Shown: positions 19,169 to 30,350, numbered from the stretch's first letter. The stretch: 64,000 bases of DNA from an uncultured Curvibacter sp. (GCA_963996595.1 CAXEHU010000097.1:35593-99592); one strand, 5' to 3'. Program-made: numbers and translations. Notes: a model not told the origin generated them from the letters alone.

Positions 19169-19199
19169 GCGAAGACCGGGCGTTCGCAGCCCGGCGGCC

Positions 19200-19529
19200 T
19201 CAGGGCTCCTGCACCGACAGCTGCAACGAGGCGTACCAGCGCGCCAGGTTGTCGATGTCCTGGTCACTCAGCGGCTTGGCGATCACGCTCATCACCTCGT
19301 GGTGGCGCTTGCCGCTGCGGTAGTTGCGCAGCTGCTCCACCAGGTAGATCTCGGGCTGCCCGGCCAGGTGCGGCACGTTGGGCTGCATGGACAGGCCTTG
19401 CGGCCCATGGCAGACCGCGCAGGCCGTGGCCGCGCGCATCTTGCCGGCCACCGCATCGGCGTGCGCCGTCGTCGCCAGGGCCCAACCCAGGCCAGCCCAC
19501 AGGCCGGCCATCATCATGCGTTGCTTCAC
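19200..19529 (-). CDS. Monohaem c-type cytochrome
   Basis: Signal peptide followed by CAVCHG haem motif. The start is uncertain: either the GTG at 19529, which has GGGAGG 6 nt upstream, or the ATG triplet at 19517. Confidence 0.8.
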   Translation of the reverse strand: MKQRMMMAGLWAGLGWALATTAHADAVAGKMRAATACAVCHGPQGLSMQPNVPHLAGQPEIYLVEQLRNYRSGKRHHEVMSVIAKPLSDQDIDNLARWYASLQLSVQEP

Positions 19530-19544
19530 GCAAACCTCCCTCTC

Positions 19545-19580
19545 AAAAAAAGCGACGGAGATCGTCACGACCTCCGTCGC
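19545..19580 (-). terminator. Intrinsic-terminator-like hairpin between dehydrogenase 2 and its cytochrome c gene
   Basis: The minus strand reads GCGACGGAG-gtcgtgacgat-CTCCGTCGC followed by TTTTTTT. Confidence 0.75.
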
Positions 19581-19595
19581 ATCGGCTCAGACCGC

Positions 19596-20876
19596 TCAGT
19601 TGCTGTACGTCACGCGGTAGATCGCGCCCACATAGTCATCCGAGATCAGCAGCGAGCCGTCCTTCATCACGGCCACGTCCACCGGGCGGCCCTTGTAGAC
19701 GCCGTTGGCGTCCAGCCAGCCCTCGGCAAAGACCTCGTGCTTGCCGGCCGTGCCATCGGGCTTGATCGCCACGAAGTCGATCAGCGCGCCGCTGGGCTTG
19801 CTGCGGTTCCACGAGCCGTGCGCGGCCACGAAGACCCCGCCCTGGTACTTGGCCGGGAACATCTTGCCGTTGTAGAAGGTCATGCCCAGCTGCGCCTGGT
19901 GCGCGGGGAACTCCACCTGCGGCTTGGTCCACTTGGCCGGGGCCTTCATGTCCTTGAGATCGGGCGCGGCCGCGGTGCCGGCGATCTGGATGTTGTTGCC
20001 GTGGATGTAGGGGTAGCCGAAGTGCTCGCCGCCCTTTTGCGTGATGCGGTTGAGCTCGCCCGGCGGGATGTCGTCGCCCATGCCGTCGGTCTGGTTGTCG
20101 GTGAACCACACGGTCTTGTCGCGCGGGTTGATGTCCATGCCCACCGAGTTGCGCACGCCCACAGCCACCACCTCGCGCTTGGAGCCGTCAAACGGGTCCA
20201 GCGCGATCATGCCGCCGATGCCGATCTTCTCGTACAGCGCCACCTTCTCCTTGGGCTGCACGTTGTAGGGCTGGCCCAGGGTGATGTAGAGGCGGCCGTC
20301 GTCGCTGACGCGGCAGGTGCGCGCGCCGTGGTTGAAGGACTCCTCGTCCTCGGGGATCAGCTTGCCCTGCGGCACCACTTCGATCACCGCCACGTCCGGG
20401 CCCTCGTAGAAGAACTCGGCCGCCGGGAAGTTGAGCACGCGGTTGTGCTCCACCACGATCAGGAAACCGTCCTTGGTCCAGCACACGCCGTTGGGCACCT
20501 TGAAGTTCAGCGAGGGCGCAAAGGCCTTGACCTCGTCGGCCGCGCCATCACCGTTGCGGTCGGTCACGGCCCACACGCGCGTCTTGCGTGTGCCCACGAA
20601 GAGCATGTTGGTGGACGGTGCGACGGCCATGTGGCGCGCATCGGGCACCACCGCATAGAGCTCGATCTTGAAGCCCGGCGGCAGCTTGACGTTCTTCAGG
20701 TTGGCGCGGATCGCGTCGGCGTTGCGCCCTTCCTGCGGCACGACCGGGATGTTCAGATCGGTGGAGGCCACCTTCATCTGCTTGAGCGTGGACAGATTGT
20801 CCCGGCCCGATTGCGCTGCGGCCGCGGCGGCGAAGCCCGCCGCGAGCAGGGCCAGGCCCAGCTTACGTGTGATCAT
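19596..20876 (-). CDS. PQQ-type sorbosone/sugar dehydrogenase family beta-propeller protein, periplasmic
   Basis: 426 aa with a signal peptide. PPGFKIELYA, GVRNSVGMD, WFTDNQTDGMGDDIPPGELN and FGYPY match the L-sorbosone dehydrogenase-like subgroup. Confidence 0.85.
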   Translation of the reverse strand: MITRKLGLALLAAGFAAAAAAQSGRDNLSTLKQMKVASTDLNIPVVPQEGRNADAIRANLKNVKLPPGFKIELYAVVPDARHMAVAPSTNMLFVGTRKTRVWAVTDRNGDGAADEVKAFAPSLNFKVPNGVCWTKDGFLIVVEHNRVLNFPAAEFFYEGPDVAVIEVVPQGKLIPEDEESFNHGARTCRVSDDGRLYITLGQPYNVQPKEKVALYEKIGIGGMIALDPFDGSKREVVAVGVRNSVGMDINPRDKTVWFTDNQTDGMGDDIPPGELNRITQKGGEHFGYPYIHGNNIQIAGTAAAPDLKDMKAPAKWTKPQVEFPAHQAQLGMTFYNGKMFPAKYQGGVFVAAHGSWNRSKPSGALIDFVAIKPDGTAGKHEVFAEGWLDANGVYKGRPVDVAVMKDGSLLISDDYVGAIYRVTYSN

Positions 20877-21217
20877 GTTTGCTCCTCTGGTTTTCTAGGT
20901 CTGTCCGGCGCGCCACCCGGCGCACCGGTCTGCTGATTAAGCCCACACGCTGGAGGTCGTGCAAGGCGGCAGGAAGCAAGTCACGTTGGCAGTGGGGCTG
21001 TTGTGTCTCGATTTGGAACACTCGGCGCAAGACGGCGCATCGACCAATCAACACCAAAGCACAGCACACCGATCTTCGGCGCCACGCCCATCAATATTTC
21101 TTATATCGCTTAGTGTGCGCAGCGCATGAACTCTCCGTGGAAACCCTAGATGAACCAATGTGCACCATGCCTACGATCGGTCGGTTTAAATCAACGAGAA
21201 CTTCTCCGGAGATACAC

Positions 21218-22489
21218 ATGCGCAAGTTCATTCCCTTGGCAGGCGTGCTGCTCGCCGCGCTGCTGGCTGGCTGCCAGTCCACCCCGCCGCAATCTGCGGT
21301 GACGACCACCCCCTCGGCAGGCGCCGTGGCCGCAGGCCAGCCCGCCTGGAAGCAGGGCATGGCCGCCAGCCAGGCCAGCTCCACGCTGGCTCCGCTGCCG
21401 GGCAAGAACACCGTGACCACCGCGGCCGAAATCCCGCTGGACAAGCTGCGCCTGCCCCCGGGCTTCAAGGTCGAGGTCTGGTCCACCGGCACGCCCGGCA
21501 TCCGCGCCATCAGCCGCGGCGAGAGCGGCAAGATCTACGGCGGTACGCGCGGCCTGGGCCGTGTCTACGAAATCACCGACAACGGCAAGGAGCGCACCAG
21601 CCGCGTGGTGGTCGACAAGCTCAAGCAGCCCGCCGCCACCCTCCACAACGGCAATCTCTACGTGATGGCCATCGACAAGGTGCTGCGCTACGACGGCATC
21701 GAAAAGAACCCCAACGTGGCGCCCGTGGACATGACGGCTGCCTTCAAGCTGCCCCCGCTGGAGCACCACAACTGGAAGTACATCCGCTTCGGGCCAGACG
21801 GCAAGCTCTACGTGCCCTTCGGCGCACCGTGCAATATCTGCACGCTGCCCACCGATGAATACGCCCAGATCCGCCGCTACAACGCCGACGGCTCGGGCAT
21901 GGAAGTCATCGCCACCGGCGTGCGCAACACCGTGGGCTTCGACTTCCACCCCGTCACCGGCGAACTCTGGTTCAGCGACCACGGCCGCGACTGGATGGGT
22001 GACGACACCCCCGAGGACGAACTCAACCGCCTGCCCAAGCCGAGCTGGTGGAAGCTGGGCATGGGTGGCACGCCCTTCTTCGGCTTCCCCTACTGCCATG
22101 CCAAGGGCGTGGCCGATCCGGACGTGAAGAAGGCCAACCCCTGTGAGGGCGTGACCCTGCCCGTCACCACCGTGGGCCCGCACGCCGCGGCCATGGGCGT
22201 GCACTTCTACACCGGCGACATGTTCCCGCCGGTGTTCAAGAACGCCATCTTCCTGGCACGCAAGGGCTCGTGGAACCGCAGCACCAAGTTCGGCTTCGAC
22301 GTGGTGGCCGTCACCGCCAACCCGGACGGCAGCGGCGCCACCGTCACGCCCTTCATGACCGGCTTCGCCGACCCCGCCGCCAACACCTTCTGGGGCCGTC
22401 CGACCTACTTCCTGCAGATGCCCGACGGCGCGCTGCTGGTCTCCGACGAGCAGACCGGCGCGATCTATCGCGTGTCCTACGCCAAGTAA
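21218..22489 (+). CDS. PQQ-type sorbosone/sugar dehydrogenase family beta-propeller protein, lipoprotein (paralogue of 19596..20876)
   Basis: Lipobox LLAGC. PPGFKVEVWS, GVRNTVGFD, WFSDHGRDWMGDDTPEDELN and FGFPYCH. Start trimmed to the ATG at 21218, with a GGAG RBS. Confidence 0.85.
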   Translation: MRKFIPLAGVLLAALLAGCQSTPPQSAVTTTPSAGAVAAGQPAWKQGMAASQASSTLAPLPGKNTVTTAAEIPLDKLRLPPGFKVEVWSTGTPGIRAISRGESGKIYGGTRGLGRVYEITDNGKERTSRVVVDKLKQPAATLHNGNLYVMAIDKVLRYDGIEKNPNVAPVDMTAAFKLPPLEHHNWKYIRFGPDGKLYVPFGAPCNICTLPTDEYAQIRRYNADGSGMEVIATGVRNTVGFDFHPVTGELWFSDHGRDWMGDDTPEDELNRLPKPSWWKLGMGGTPFFGFPYCHAKGVADPDVKKANPCEGVTLPVTTVGPHAAAMGVHFYTGDMFPPVFKNAIFLARKGSWNRSTKFGFDVVAVTANPDGSGATVTPFMTGFADPAANTFWGRPTYFLQMPDGALLVSDEQTGAIYRVSYAK

Positions 22490-22512
22490 GCCACGGCGCT
22501 TGCCAAGCACAA

Positions 22513-22541
22513 GCAGGGCCCTCGCGGGCCCTGCTTTTTTT
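22513..22541 (+). terminator. Intrinsic-terminator-like hairpin between dehydrogenase 3 and the dihaem cytochrome gene
   Basis: GCAGGGCC-ctcgcg-GGCCCTGC followed by TTTTTTT. Confidence 0.75.
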
Positions 22542-22558
22542 CCTGACAGACCCTCATC

Positions 22559-23137
22559 ATGAAGACCTTTCTCCACACCTTGCTCGCCGCCCTGCTGTTC
22601 ACCGCCAGCGTGTGCGCCACGGCCCAGCAGCCCCCGCGTCTGGAGCTCTGTGCCTCCTGCCACGGGCCGCAAGGCAACTCGCAGATCCCGCAATTCCCCT
22701 CGCTCGCTGGGCAGCCGCGCATCTTCATGGAGAACCAGCTCGTTCTCATCCGCGAAGGGCTGCGCGACATCCCGCCCATGAAGGGCGTGCTCGACGGCCT
22801 GGACGACGCCGCCTTGATCGAACTCGCCAAGTACTACGCCGCACAGACGCCCGCGCCCATGCCCGGTTCCGTAGACGTGGCGCGCTACCAGCGCGGCAAG
22901 GAGCTGGCCGCCACCAGCCTGTGCGGCAGCTGCCACCTGCCAACCTACCAAGGCCGCGACCAGATCCCGCGCCTGGCCGGCCAGCACGAAACTTTTCTGC
23001 GCGAGGTCATGCTCGAATACCGCGACAAGCCCGGCCCAGGCCGCGACACCGTCATGACCAATGCGCTGCGCGGTTTCAGCAACGCCCAGCTTGATGACAT
23101 GGCGCACTTCCTCGCACATTTCGGTAAACAACCCTGA
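22559..23137 (+). CDS. Dihaem cytochrome c (c4-like)
   Basis: 192 aa with a signal peptide and two CxxCH motifs (CASCH, CGSCH), one in each half. Confidence 0.88.
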   Translation: MKTFLHTLLAALLFTASVCATAQQPPRLELCASCHGPQGNSQIPQFPSLAGQPRIFMENQLVLIREGLRDIPPMKGVLDGLDDAALIELAKYYAAQTPAPMPGSVDVARYQRGKELAATSLCGSCHLPTYQGRDQIPRLAGQHETFLREVMLEYRDKPGPGRDTVMTNALRGFSNAQLDDMAHFLAHFGKQP

Positions 23138-23227
23138 GTCCATCCGTTCGCGTTGAGCCTGTCGAAACGCAGCCTTTGACAGGCTCAGGCGGAGCGGAGA
23201 GAGATGGACGCCTAAAATGGGCGCCCC

Positions 23228-24142
23228 ATGAGCAACGACTTCCCCCCCGGCAAGCCCGCCGGCCCCCTGCGCCGTGCGCCGCGCCCCGAAGGCGCGGCTG
23301 CGCCCAAGCCGGGCGCGCCCGCCGGCAGCAGTGCCACCAGCCGCATCAACAAGCGCATGGCCGAGCTCGGCCTGTGCTCGCGCCGTGAGGCCGACGCCTG
23401 GGTGGAGAACGGCTGGGTCAAGGTCAACGGCAAAGTCGCCGAGATGGGCCAGCAGGTGGGGCCCACCGACCGCATCGAGATCGACAAGCAGGCCCAGAAC
23501 CAGCAGGCCACGCAGGTCACCATCCTGCTCAACAAACCCATAGGCTACGTCAGCGGCCAGGCCGAGGACGGGCACGAGCCCGCCGTGGTGCTGGTGCAGG
23601 CGCAGAACCGCTGGCGCGAAGACCGCGCGCCCATCCGCTTCAACGGCAGCCAGCTCAAGGGCTTGGCCCCCTCGGGCCGGCTCGACATCGATTCCACCGG
23701 CCTGCTGGTCCTCACGCAGGACGGCCGCGTGGCGCGCCAGCTGATCGGCGAAGACTCGACGATGGAAAAGGAATACCTGGTGCGCGTGGTCTACCTGGGC
23801 ACTCCGGCCGCAGCCAGCGCGCCCACCGAACTGCAGACCATCCACGAGCACGACCCCGTCTCTACCAATGTGCAGGCCGTCTTCCCGCCCAGCCAATTGG
23901 CCCGGCTGCGCCACGGCCTGAGCCTGGACGGCCAGGCCCTCAAGCCCGCCAAGGTGGACTGGGAGAACCCCGAGCAGCTGCGCTTTGTGCTGACCGAAGG
24001 CAAGAAGCGGCAGATCCGCCGCATGTGTGAACTGGTGGGCCTCAAGGTCGTGGGCCTCAAGCGCGTGCGCATCGGCCGCGTCATGCTGGGCAACCTGCCC
24101 GTGGGCCAGTGGCGCTACCTTGCGCCGCACGAGAAGTTCTGA
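23228..24142 (+). CDS. RsuA/RluB/RluF-family rRNA pseudouridine synthase with an S4 domain
   Basis: S4-like RINKRMAELGLCSRREADAWVENGWVKVNG, then LLNKPIGYV, RLDIDSTGLLVLT and KKRQIRRM. Confidence 0.85.
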   Translation: MSNDFPPGKPAGPLRRAPRPEGAAAPKPGAPAGSSATSRINKRMAELGLCSRREADAWVENGWVKVNGKVAEMGQQVGPTDRIEIDKQAQNQQATQVTILLNKPIGYVSGQAEDGHEPAVVLVQAQNRWREDRAPIRFNGSQLKGLAPSGRLDIDSTGLLVLTQDGRVARQLIGEDSTMEKEYLVRVVYLGTPAAASAPTELQTIHEHDPVSTNVQAVFPPSQLARLRHGLSLDGQALKPAKVDWENPEQLRFVLTEGKKRQIRRMCELVGLKVVGLKRVRIGRVMLGNLPVGQWRYLAPHEKF

Positions 24143-24158
24143 CGCCCCTGCCCCGGGG

Positions 24159-24185
24159 CTTGAAACCCCGGCCCCCGCCCATAAT
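24159..24185 (+). promoter_or_regulatory. Sigma-32 (heat-shock)-like promoter upstream of htpG
   Basis: CTTGAAA (24159-24165), then 12 nt later CCCATAAT (24178-24185). This resembles the CTTGAA..CCCCATnT heat-shock consensus. Confidence 0.55.
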
Positions 24186-24238
24186 TCCCGGTTTTGCCGG
24201 CGCTGCCGGCTCCTTGTTTTGTACTGTCATCTCCAGCC

Positions 24239-26173
<1,935 letters not shown>

Positions 26174-26190
26174 TTCGCTGCACGCCAAAC

Positions 26191-26216
26191 AAAAACCGCC
26201 TTCGGGCGGTTTTTTG
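26191..26216 (+). terminator. Rho-independent terminator of htpG
   Basis: AAAAACCGCC-ttcg-GGCGGTTTTTT. Confidence 0.85.
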
Positions 26217-26304
26217 TTGCGTGATCGACTGCGACTTTCAACCCATTACGGTAGTTTGCGACCGCTATTGAACGCCCGCTTCGCAGGATAGGGGGCACTT
26301 TCAA

Positions 26305-26366
26305 TATCCCCCAAATGGGGGATAGACATATCCTGCAAACCCATAAGAATGGATAGGCATATTCTT
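26305..26366 (+). promoter_or_regulatory. Cluster of inverted repeats in the AT-rich leader of the nuclease-helicase islet (candidate promoter/operator)
   Basis: TATCCCCC-aaat-GGGGGATA (26305-26324) and AAGAAT-N10-ATTCTT (26345-26366), 23-84 nt upstream of the ATG at 26389. Confidence 0.35.
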
Positions 26367-26388
26367 ACTGCACTCAGAACCACAGTTA

Positions 26389-27192
26389 ATGAGTCCTACT
26401 CCGGACATGCCCATCCCTTTTTCGCCCACGCCGACCTATCAGTTCAGCAATGGCCACATTGCCTGCTCCGCATTTACCGTCACAGACGAAACAGCATGCC
26501 AGCAATGGATAAAAGGCGATGTCGCCAAACGAGTTTACGACCAGCCAATGAAGCTGGATTTTCTGGACACCATTACCGCCATCAGGAGCGATGGCTTTGA
26601 TACAACGCGGCTGGAGGCCTATGTCCAAGCGTCACCGCCTCAGGCTACCGATGGAGACGTTGGCGAGGGTATAGCAGACCTTTTCCTGATGGAGCGCTTC
26701 GGCGTTTATCTTCCGACGAATAGAAGGCGGGATTTACGCACACCCAAGGGAAGTCACCCTGGCGCGGATATTGCGGGCTATGTCCCGAATGGAGCCGGAG
26801 GAGCGGATTTCATTTTCGGTGAGGTTAAGGCGTCAGGCCAGAAAGCTGCACCCCCTTCCGTGATGACTCATACAGATTCAGGGATGCCAGCCCAGCTTGT
26901 GCGGCTAGCACTGGATTCCGCCATTCAACGGCAGCTCCTGTTTTACCTTCAGGCACGCGCGAAGGGATCGCCCGCAGAGGCGCTTCACATAGAAGCACTA
27001 AAAACTCTGGCAACTGGAAAATACAAGTTGATTGGCGTCCTAGTCCGAACAACGTCACCAAATCAGTCTGATGTCTCTGGTCCAGCCAGCAAATTACAGG
27101 CTGCCATACCGACGTCGCAACCCTGCTCGCTATATGTTCTTCACACCGGCCTCTCGACCGACGACTGGTTGGTACACTGTCAACCCACCTAG
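26389..27192 (+). CDS. Putative PD-(D/E)xK-fold nuclease, HamA (DUF1837)-like candidate defence effector
   Basis: 267 aa in a low-GC islet. Signature residues are E93 (GEGIADLFL), D127 (HPGADIAGY) and E145-V-K147 (FIFGEVKAS, codons 26821-26829). The stop lies 8 nt before the helicase start. Family assignment is not verified by a profile search. Confidence 0.6.
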   Translation: MSPTPDMPIPFSPTPTYQFSNGHIACSAFTVTDETACQQWIKGDVAKRVYDQPMKLDFLDTITAIRSDGFDTTRLEAYVQASPPQATDGDVGEGIADLFLMERFGVYLPTNRRRDLRTPKGSHPGADIAGYVPNGAGGADFIFGEVKASGQKAAPPSVMTHTDSGMPAQLVRLALDSAIQRQLLFYLQARAKGSPAEALHIEALKTLATGKYKLIGVLVRTTSPNQSDVSGPASKLQAAIPTSQPCSLYVLHTGLSTDDWLVHCQPT

Positions 27193-27200
27193 TACATACC

Positions 27201-30200
27201 GTGGTCTCGCCAACCAATTTCCCCTCAATTGAAACCGCATATGTGCAAGCAATGCGCAGGCGGGTAGTCACGGCCATAGGGGCCGCAATTTCGGTTGAAC
27301 CCATCAATGAGTACGCAACGCTTGTTGCCGAGCTCCTGACTTGGGATGCCCTTGAGGGAGCGACCCGACTCACGCAAACACAGAAGGACGCTGCGAAACG
27401 CGCCTTCGTGCTTCTTCGAGACGCACAATCCACCTCAAAAACCAAGAACTGTCAGCTGGCTTGGTGGTTAAGAACCGCCAGCTTGGCCATACTTGCGGAC
27501 GTGCCTCAGGATGGGCGCAAGCTATTGGAATTTGCGTCACTAGAAGTTGAATGTCAACCTAGTGACAACTGGCTGGAATTCACCCGGCAAAGCGTTTGGA
27601 CAAGCTGGCTAGGTCTATTACGTCATCGATCCACAGAGGATGTCCGTCAGTCTCGAATGGCATTGGCTGAGCTTCGCGCAAAACAGGTCATCTATGAGGG
27701 TGTCTTTCTAGAGTCCCTTGACGATAAAACAGCCGCTCGGCAGGCCGCTTTGGAGTTGATGGGGTTTTACTCCCTTGGAACGGCCGCAGAGCGGCTTTCC
27801 GAATACCTTGAGAGGGGAACTGCCGACGGGGCAGGTGACATTAATGCGCAGCTCGATATGTACTTTGATCGAGTCATGGGGGTATTGGACAAAGCGGGAA
27901 ATGTTTTCAACATTGACATCATTTTCCTGTTGCGCCCCACAGCGCACTGCTTAGCTTACGGCTCACTTAGGGCCGCTACGCGCGGCGCGAACTTCTTGAC
28001 TCGGCAATTTGCCGAAAATCTGATTTCTCGCCCTGCGCAACCCCTTTTCCAACTGCTCCCACCGCAAAGAGAGGCCCTGAGAGGCCAGGGATTAGCGTCG
28101 AACGTCCACCGCTCTGTTGTTGTTAATTTTCCGACATCAAGTGGAAAAACTTTACTTGCCCAGTTTGGAATACTGCAGAGTTTGAATGACTTGGGTTCGG
28201 AACGAGGGTGGGTTGCATACGTGGCGCCAACACGTGCACTTGTGAATCAGGTCACAAGCAGGCTCCGGCGGGACTTCGCGCCATTGAATAAGCGTGTGGA
28301 GCGGCTATCACCAGCCCTAGAGTTTGACACCATTGAGTTATCTGCATTGTCGCCGAAGGATACCGAAGTTGATGGACCTCCAGTCGATGTATTGGTCTGC
28401 ACGCCAGAAAAACTAGACCTCTTGATCCGTCGGGAAGAGCTCTCTTCACAATTAGGTCGTTTGGCACTCGTTGTCGTGGATGAGGCACATGGGCTGGGCG
28501 CCAAGGGTGAGCGCGCAATCAAGCTTGAGCTATTGCTTTCCATCGTCAATCGTGAACATGTGAGTGCGCGATTCCTATTACTCACACCCTTTATCAGTAA
28601 TGCAAAACAGGTTGCTCAATGGCTAGACAATGAAAGTTTTAAAGACTACTCCATTGAAGCGGAATGGGTGCCAAATGACCGCATCATTGGAATTGTCACG
28701 CCTCCGGATAAATCCGAGTTTAAACGCGGAGAGCCTGCTGGGTTTTTGAACTTTGAACCTATCGCAACTCGGAAAGCAACCCTCCATCTCGATGATGTAT
28801 TGAAGCTCGAGGGGGTTTCGCCCGAACTGGGTCTGACAGTATCTAAGTTAAGCACCAACGCAGGAAGCTTATCTACGGCTGCGGCTCAAGTTTTGTCGAA
28901 TCGAGGGCCAACGGTCTTGTTGTGTCGAACAGTCTCGCAAACATGGGCCTGTGCCGAAGAGCTTGCTCAGACTTCGGAGCTTTCTGCTGAAAACAAAGAT
29001 ATCTGCGGCGCCGTGGCACGGTTTGCAACCTACGAACTGGGAGCCTCATCCCCTCTCGAGAATCTCTTGGGGCAAGGTATCGGTGTACATCACGCCGGAC
29101 TTCCTGAGGAGGTGGCACAGGCAATCGAGTATCTTTTCGAGAAACAAGCTCTCACCGCCTTGTGCGCAACGACAACACTGGCGCAAGGCGTGAATTTTCC
29201 AATAGCCAACCTTGTCATTTCTTCGATATACCCCCCAACACGAGATGGCCAGCCAATGTCATATGCTGACTTCTGGAACATTGCGGGGCGCGTTGGACGA
29301 GTCGATCAAGAGGCGATTGGTGTAGTGGCTCTTGCGGCCAAAGACGCCGAAAGTAAACAAAGGTGTGAGCAGTTCCTTAAACGGTCGATGGCTGATTTGG
29401 TCTCAACTTTATTGGGCATGGTTGATGACCTGAACACACTGGCAGCAGACAAAGGCCTAGAAGCATTGGTCTGGAAGAAGGAGTGGTCCAACTTTAGTCA
29501 ATTCATTGCCCACACACTCAGACAGGTTGGCGCTTCGAAGTTTGCTGATCAGGTGGAACTGGTTTTGCGCGGAACACTTGGCTATCAGTCCATCCGTGAG
29601 AAAAGCGTCCCCCTCGCGAATGAGCTCTTGCGGCTAACGCGCCGCTATGCAGAAGGCATGGCACAGCAAATGGGCGTCGTCAAGCTTGTGGATTCCACCG
29701 GGTTTTCTTTTGAGAGCGTGCGTGGTGCGCTCGCACGCCTGAGCGAGGCCGGTGACCTACCTGACCTCGTAAATCCAACGGCACTCTTCTCGGGAAAAAG
29801 CAAGACGCTCCAAGATGTAATGGGAGTTTTATTGACGATTCCTGAGGTGAAAAATGAACTTGTAGAGAGCGGTGGTGGGCACGGGTCTCGTATCGCCGAC
29901 ATGCTCTCGGACTGGGTTCACGGCGTGTCACTAGAAGTTTTGTCGGCACGTTATTTTTCGACTGGGACTGAAGACGAGGACGCGCTGGCAAAGTGCGTCC
30001 GCAGCTTCAAGCGGCTATCCATGACGGCCGCTTGGGGCCTCTCATCCGTGCTTGCTATGAAGATCGGGGAAGGCCTTGAGGAGTTGCCTGATGAGCTTAG
30101 AAAATCTGTGGTCAATATTCCATCCATGGTTCTATATGGAGTTTGGGACAGTAAGCAAATTGCGCTTCGCTCAGCAGGTGTTCCAAGAAATGCGGCAATT

Positions 30201-30350
30201 GCTCTCGCAAAACACACAACCTCAGCAGCCACTCCGTTTGCTACTCGAAAGTCACTGAAAGATGGCGGAGCACAACTATGGTCAAACGCCCTCGGCCCCC
30301 AGCGCGGTGCGGACTACTTTCGCGTGTGGCAAATGCTTGAAGGGGTTTGA
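27201..30350 (+). CDS. Large SF2 DEAH-box helicase of the Ski2/Hel308/Lhr type, HamB-like candidate defence helicase
   Basis: 1049 aa. Motif I is PTSSGKT (28131-28151) and motif II is VVVDEAH (DEAH at 28479-28490). GVHHAGLPEEV, CATTTLAQGVNFP and AGRVGR (29286-29300) are also present. The regions of about 285 aa N-terminal and about 330 aa C-terminal to the core carry no motif I recognise. GTG start; a downstream ATG is possible. Confidence 0.8.
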   Translation: MVSPTNFPSIETAYVQAMRRRVVTAIGAAISVEPINEYATLVAELLTWDALEGATRLTQTQKDAAKRAFVLLRDAQSTSKTKNCQLAWWLRTASLAILADVPQDGRKLLEFASLEVECQPSDNWLEFTRQSVWTSWLGLLRHRSTEDVRQSRMALAELRAKQVIYEGVFLESLDDKTAARQAALELMGFYSLGTAAERLSEYLERGTADGAGDINAQLDMYFDRVMGVLDKAGNVFNIDIIFLLRPTAHCLAYGSLRAATRGANFLTRQFAENLISRPAQPLFQLLPPQREALRGQGLASNVHRSVVVNFPTSSGKTLLAQFGILQSLNDLGSERGWVAYVAPTRALVNQVTSRLRRDFAPLNKRVERLSPALEFDTIELSALSPKDTEVDGPPVDVLVCTPEKLDLLIRREELSSQLGRLALVVVDEAHGLGAKGERAIKLELLLSIVNREHVSARFLLLTPFISNAKQVAQWLDNESFKDYSIEAEWVPNDRIIGIVTPPDKSEFKRGEPAGFLNFEPIATRKATLHLDDVLKLEGVSPELGLTVSKLSTNAGSLSTAAAQVLSNRGPTVLLCRTVSQTWACAEELAQTSELSAENKDICGAVARFATYELGASSPLENLLGQGIGVHHAGLPEEVAQAIEYLFEKQALTALCATTTLAQGVNFPIANLVISSIYPPTRDGQPMSYADFWNIAGRVGRVDQEAIGVVALAAKDAESKQRCEQFLKRSMADLVSTLLGMVDDLNTLAADKGLEALVWKKEWSNFSQFIAHTLRQVGASKFADQVELVLRGTLGYQSIREKSVPLANELLRLTRRYAEGMAQQMGVVKLVDSTGFSFESVRGALARLSEAGDLPDLVNPTALFSGKSKTLQDVMGVLLTIPEVKNELVESGGGHGSRIADMLSDWVHGVSLEVLSARYFSTGTEDEDALAKCVRSFKRLSMTAAWGLSSVLAMKIGEGLEELPDELRKSVVNIPSMVLYGVWDSKQIALRSAGVPRNAAIALAKHTTSAATPFATRKSLKDGGAQLWSNALGPQRGADYFRVWQMLEGV

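Noticed and set aside
21191-24130. Very long opposite-strand or alternate-frame ORFs in the track: 979 aa at 21191..24130 (-), 666 aa at 5062..7062 (+), 682 aa at 12351..14399 (-), 583 aa at 17516..19267 (-), 642 aa at 55152..57080 (+), and many others of 100-500 aa.
   Set aside because: They are Arg/Ala/Gly/His/Pro-rich, carry no motifs and lie antisense to, or out of frame with, genes that have clear family signatures. These are typical stop-codon-poor shadow ORFs of a high-GC genome.
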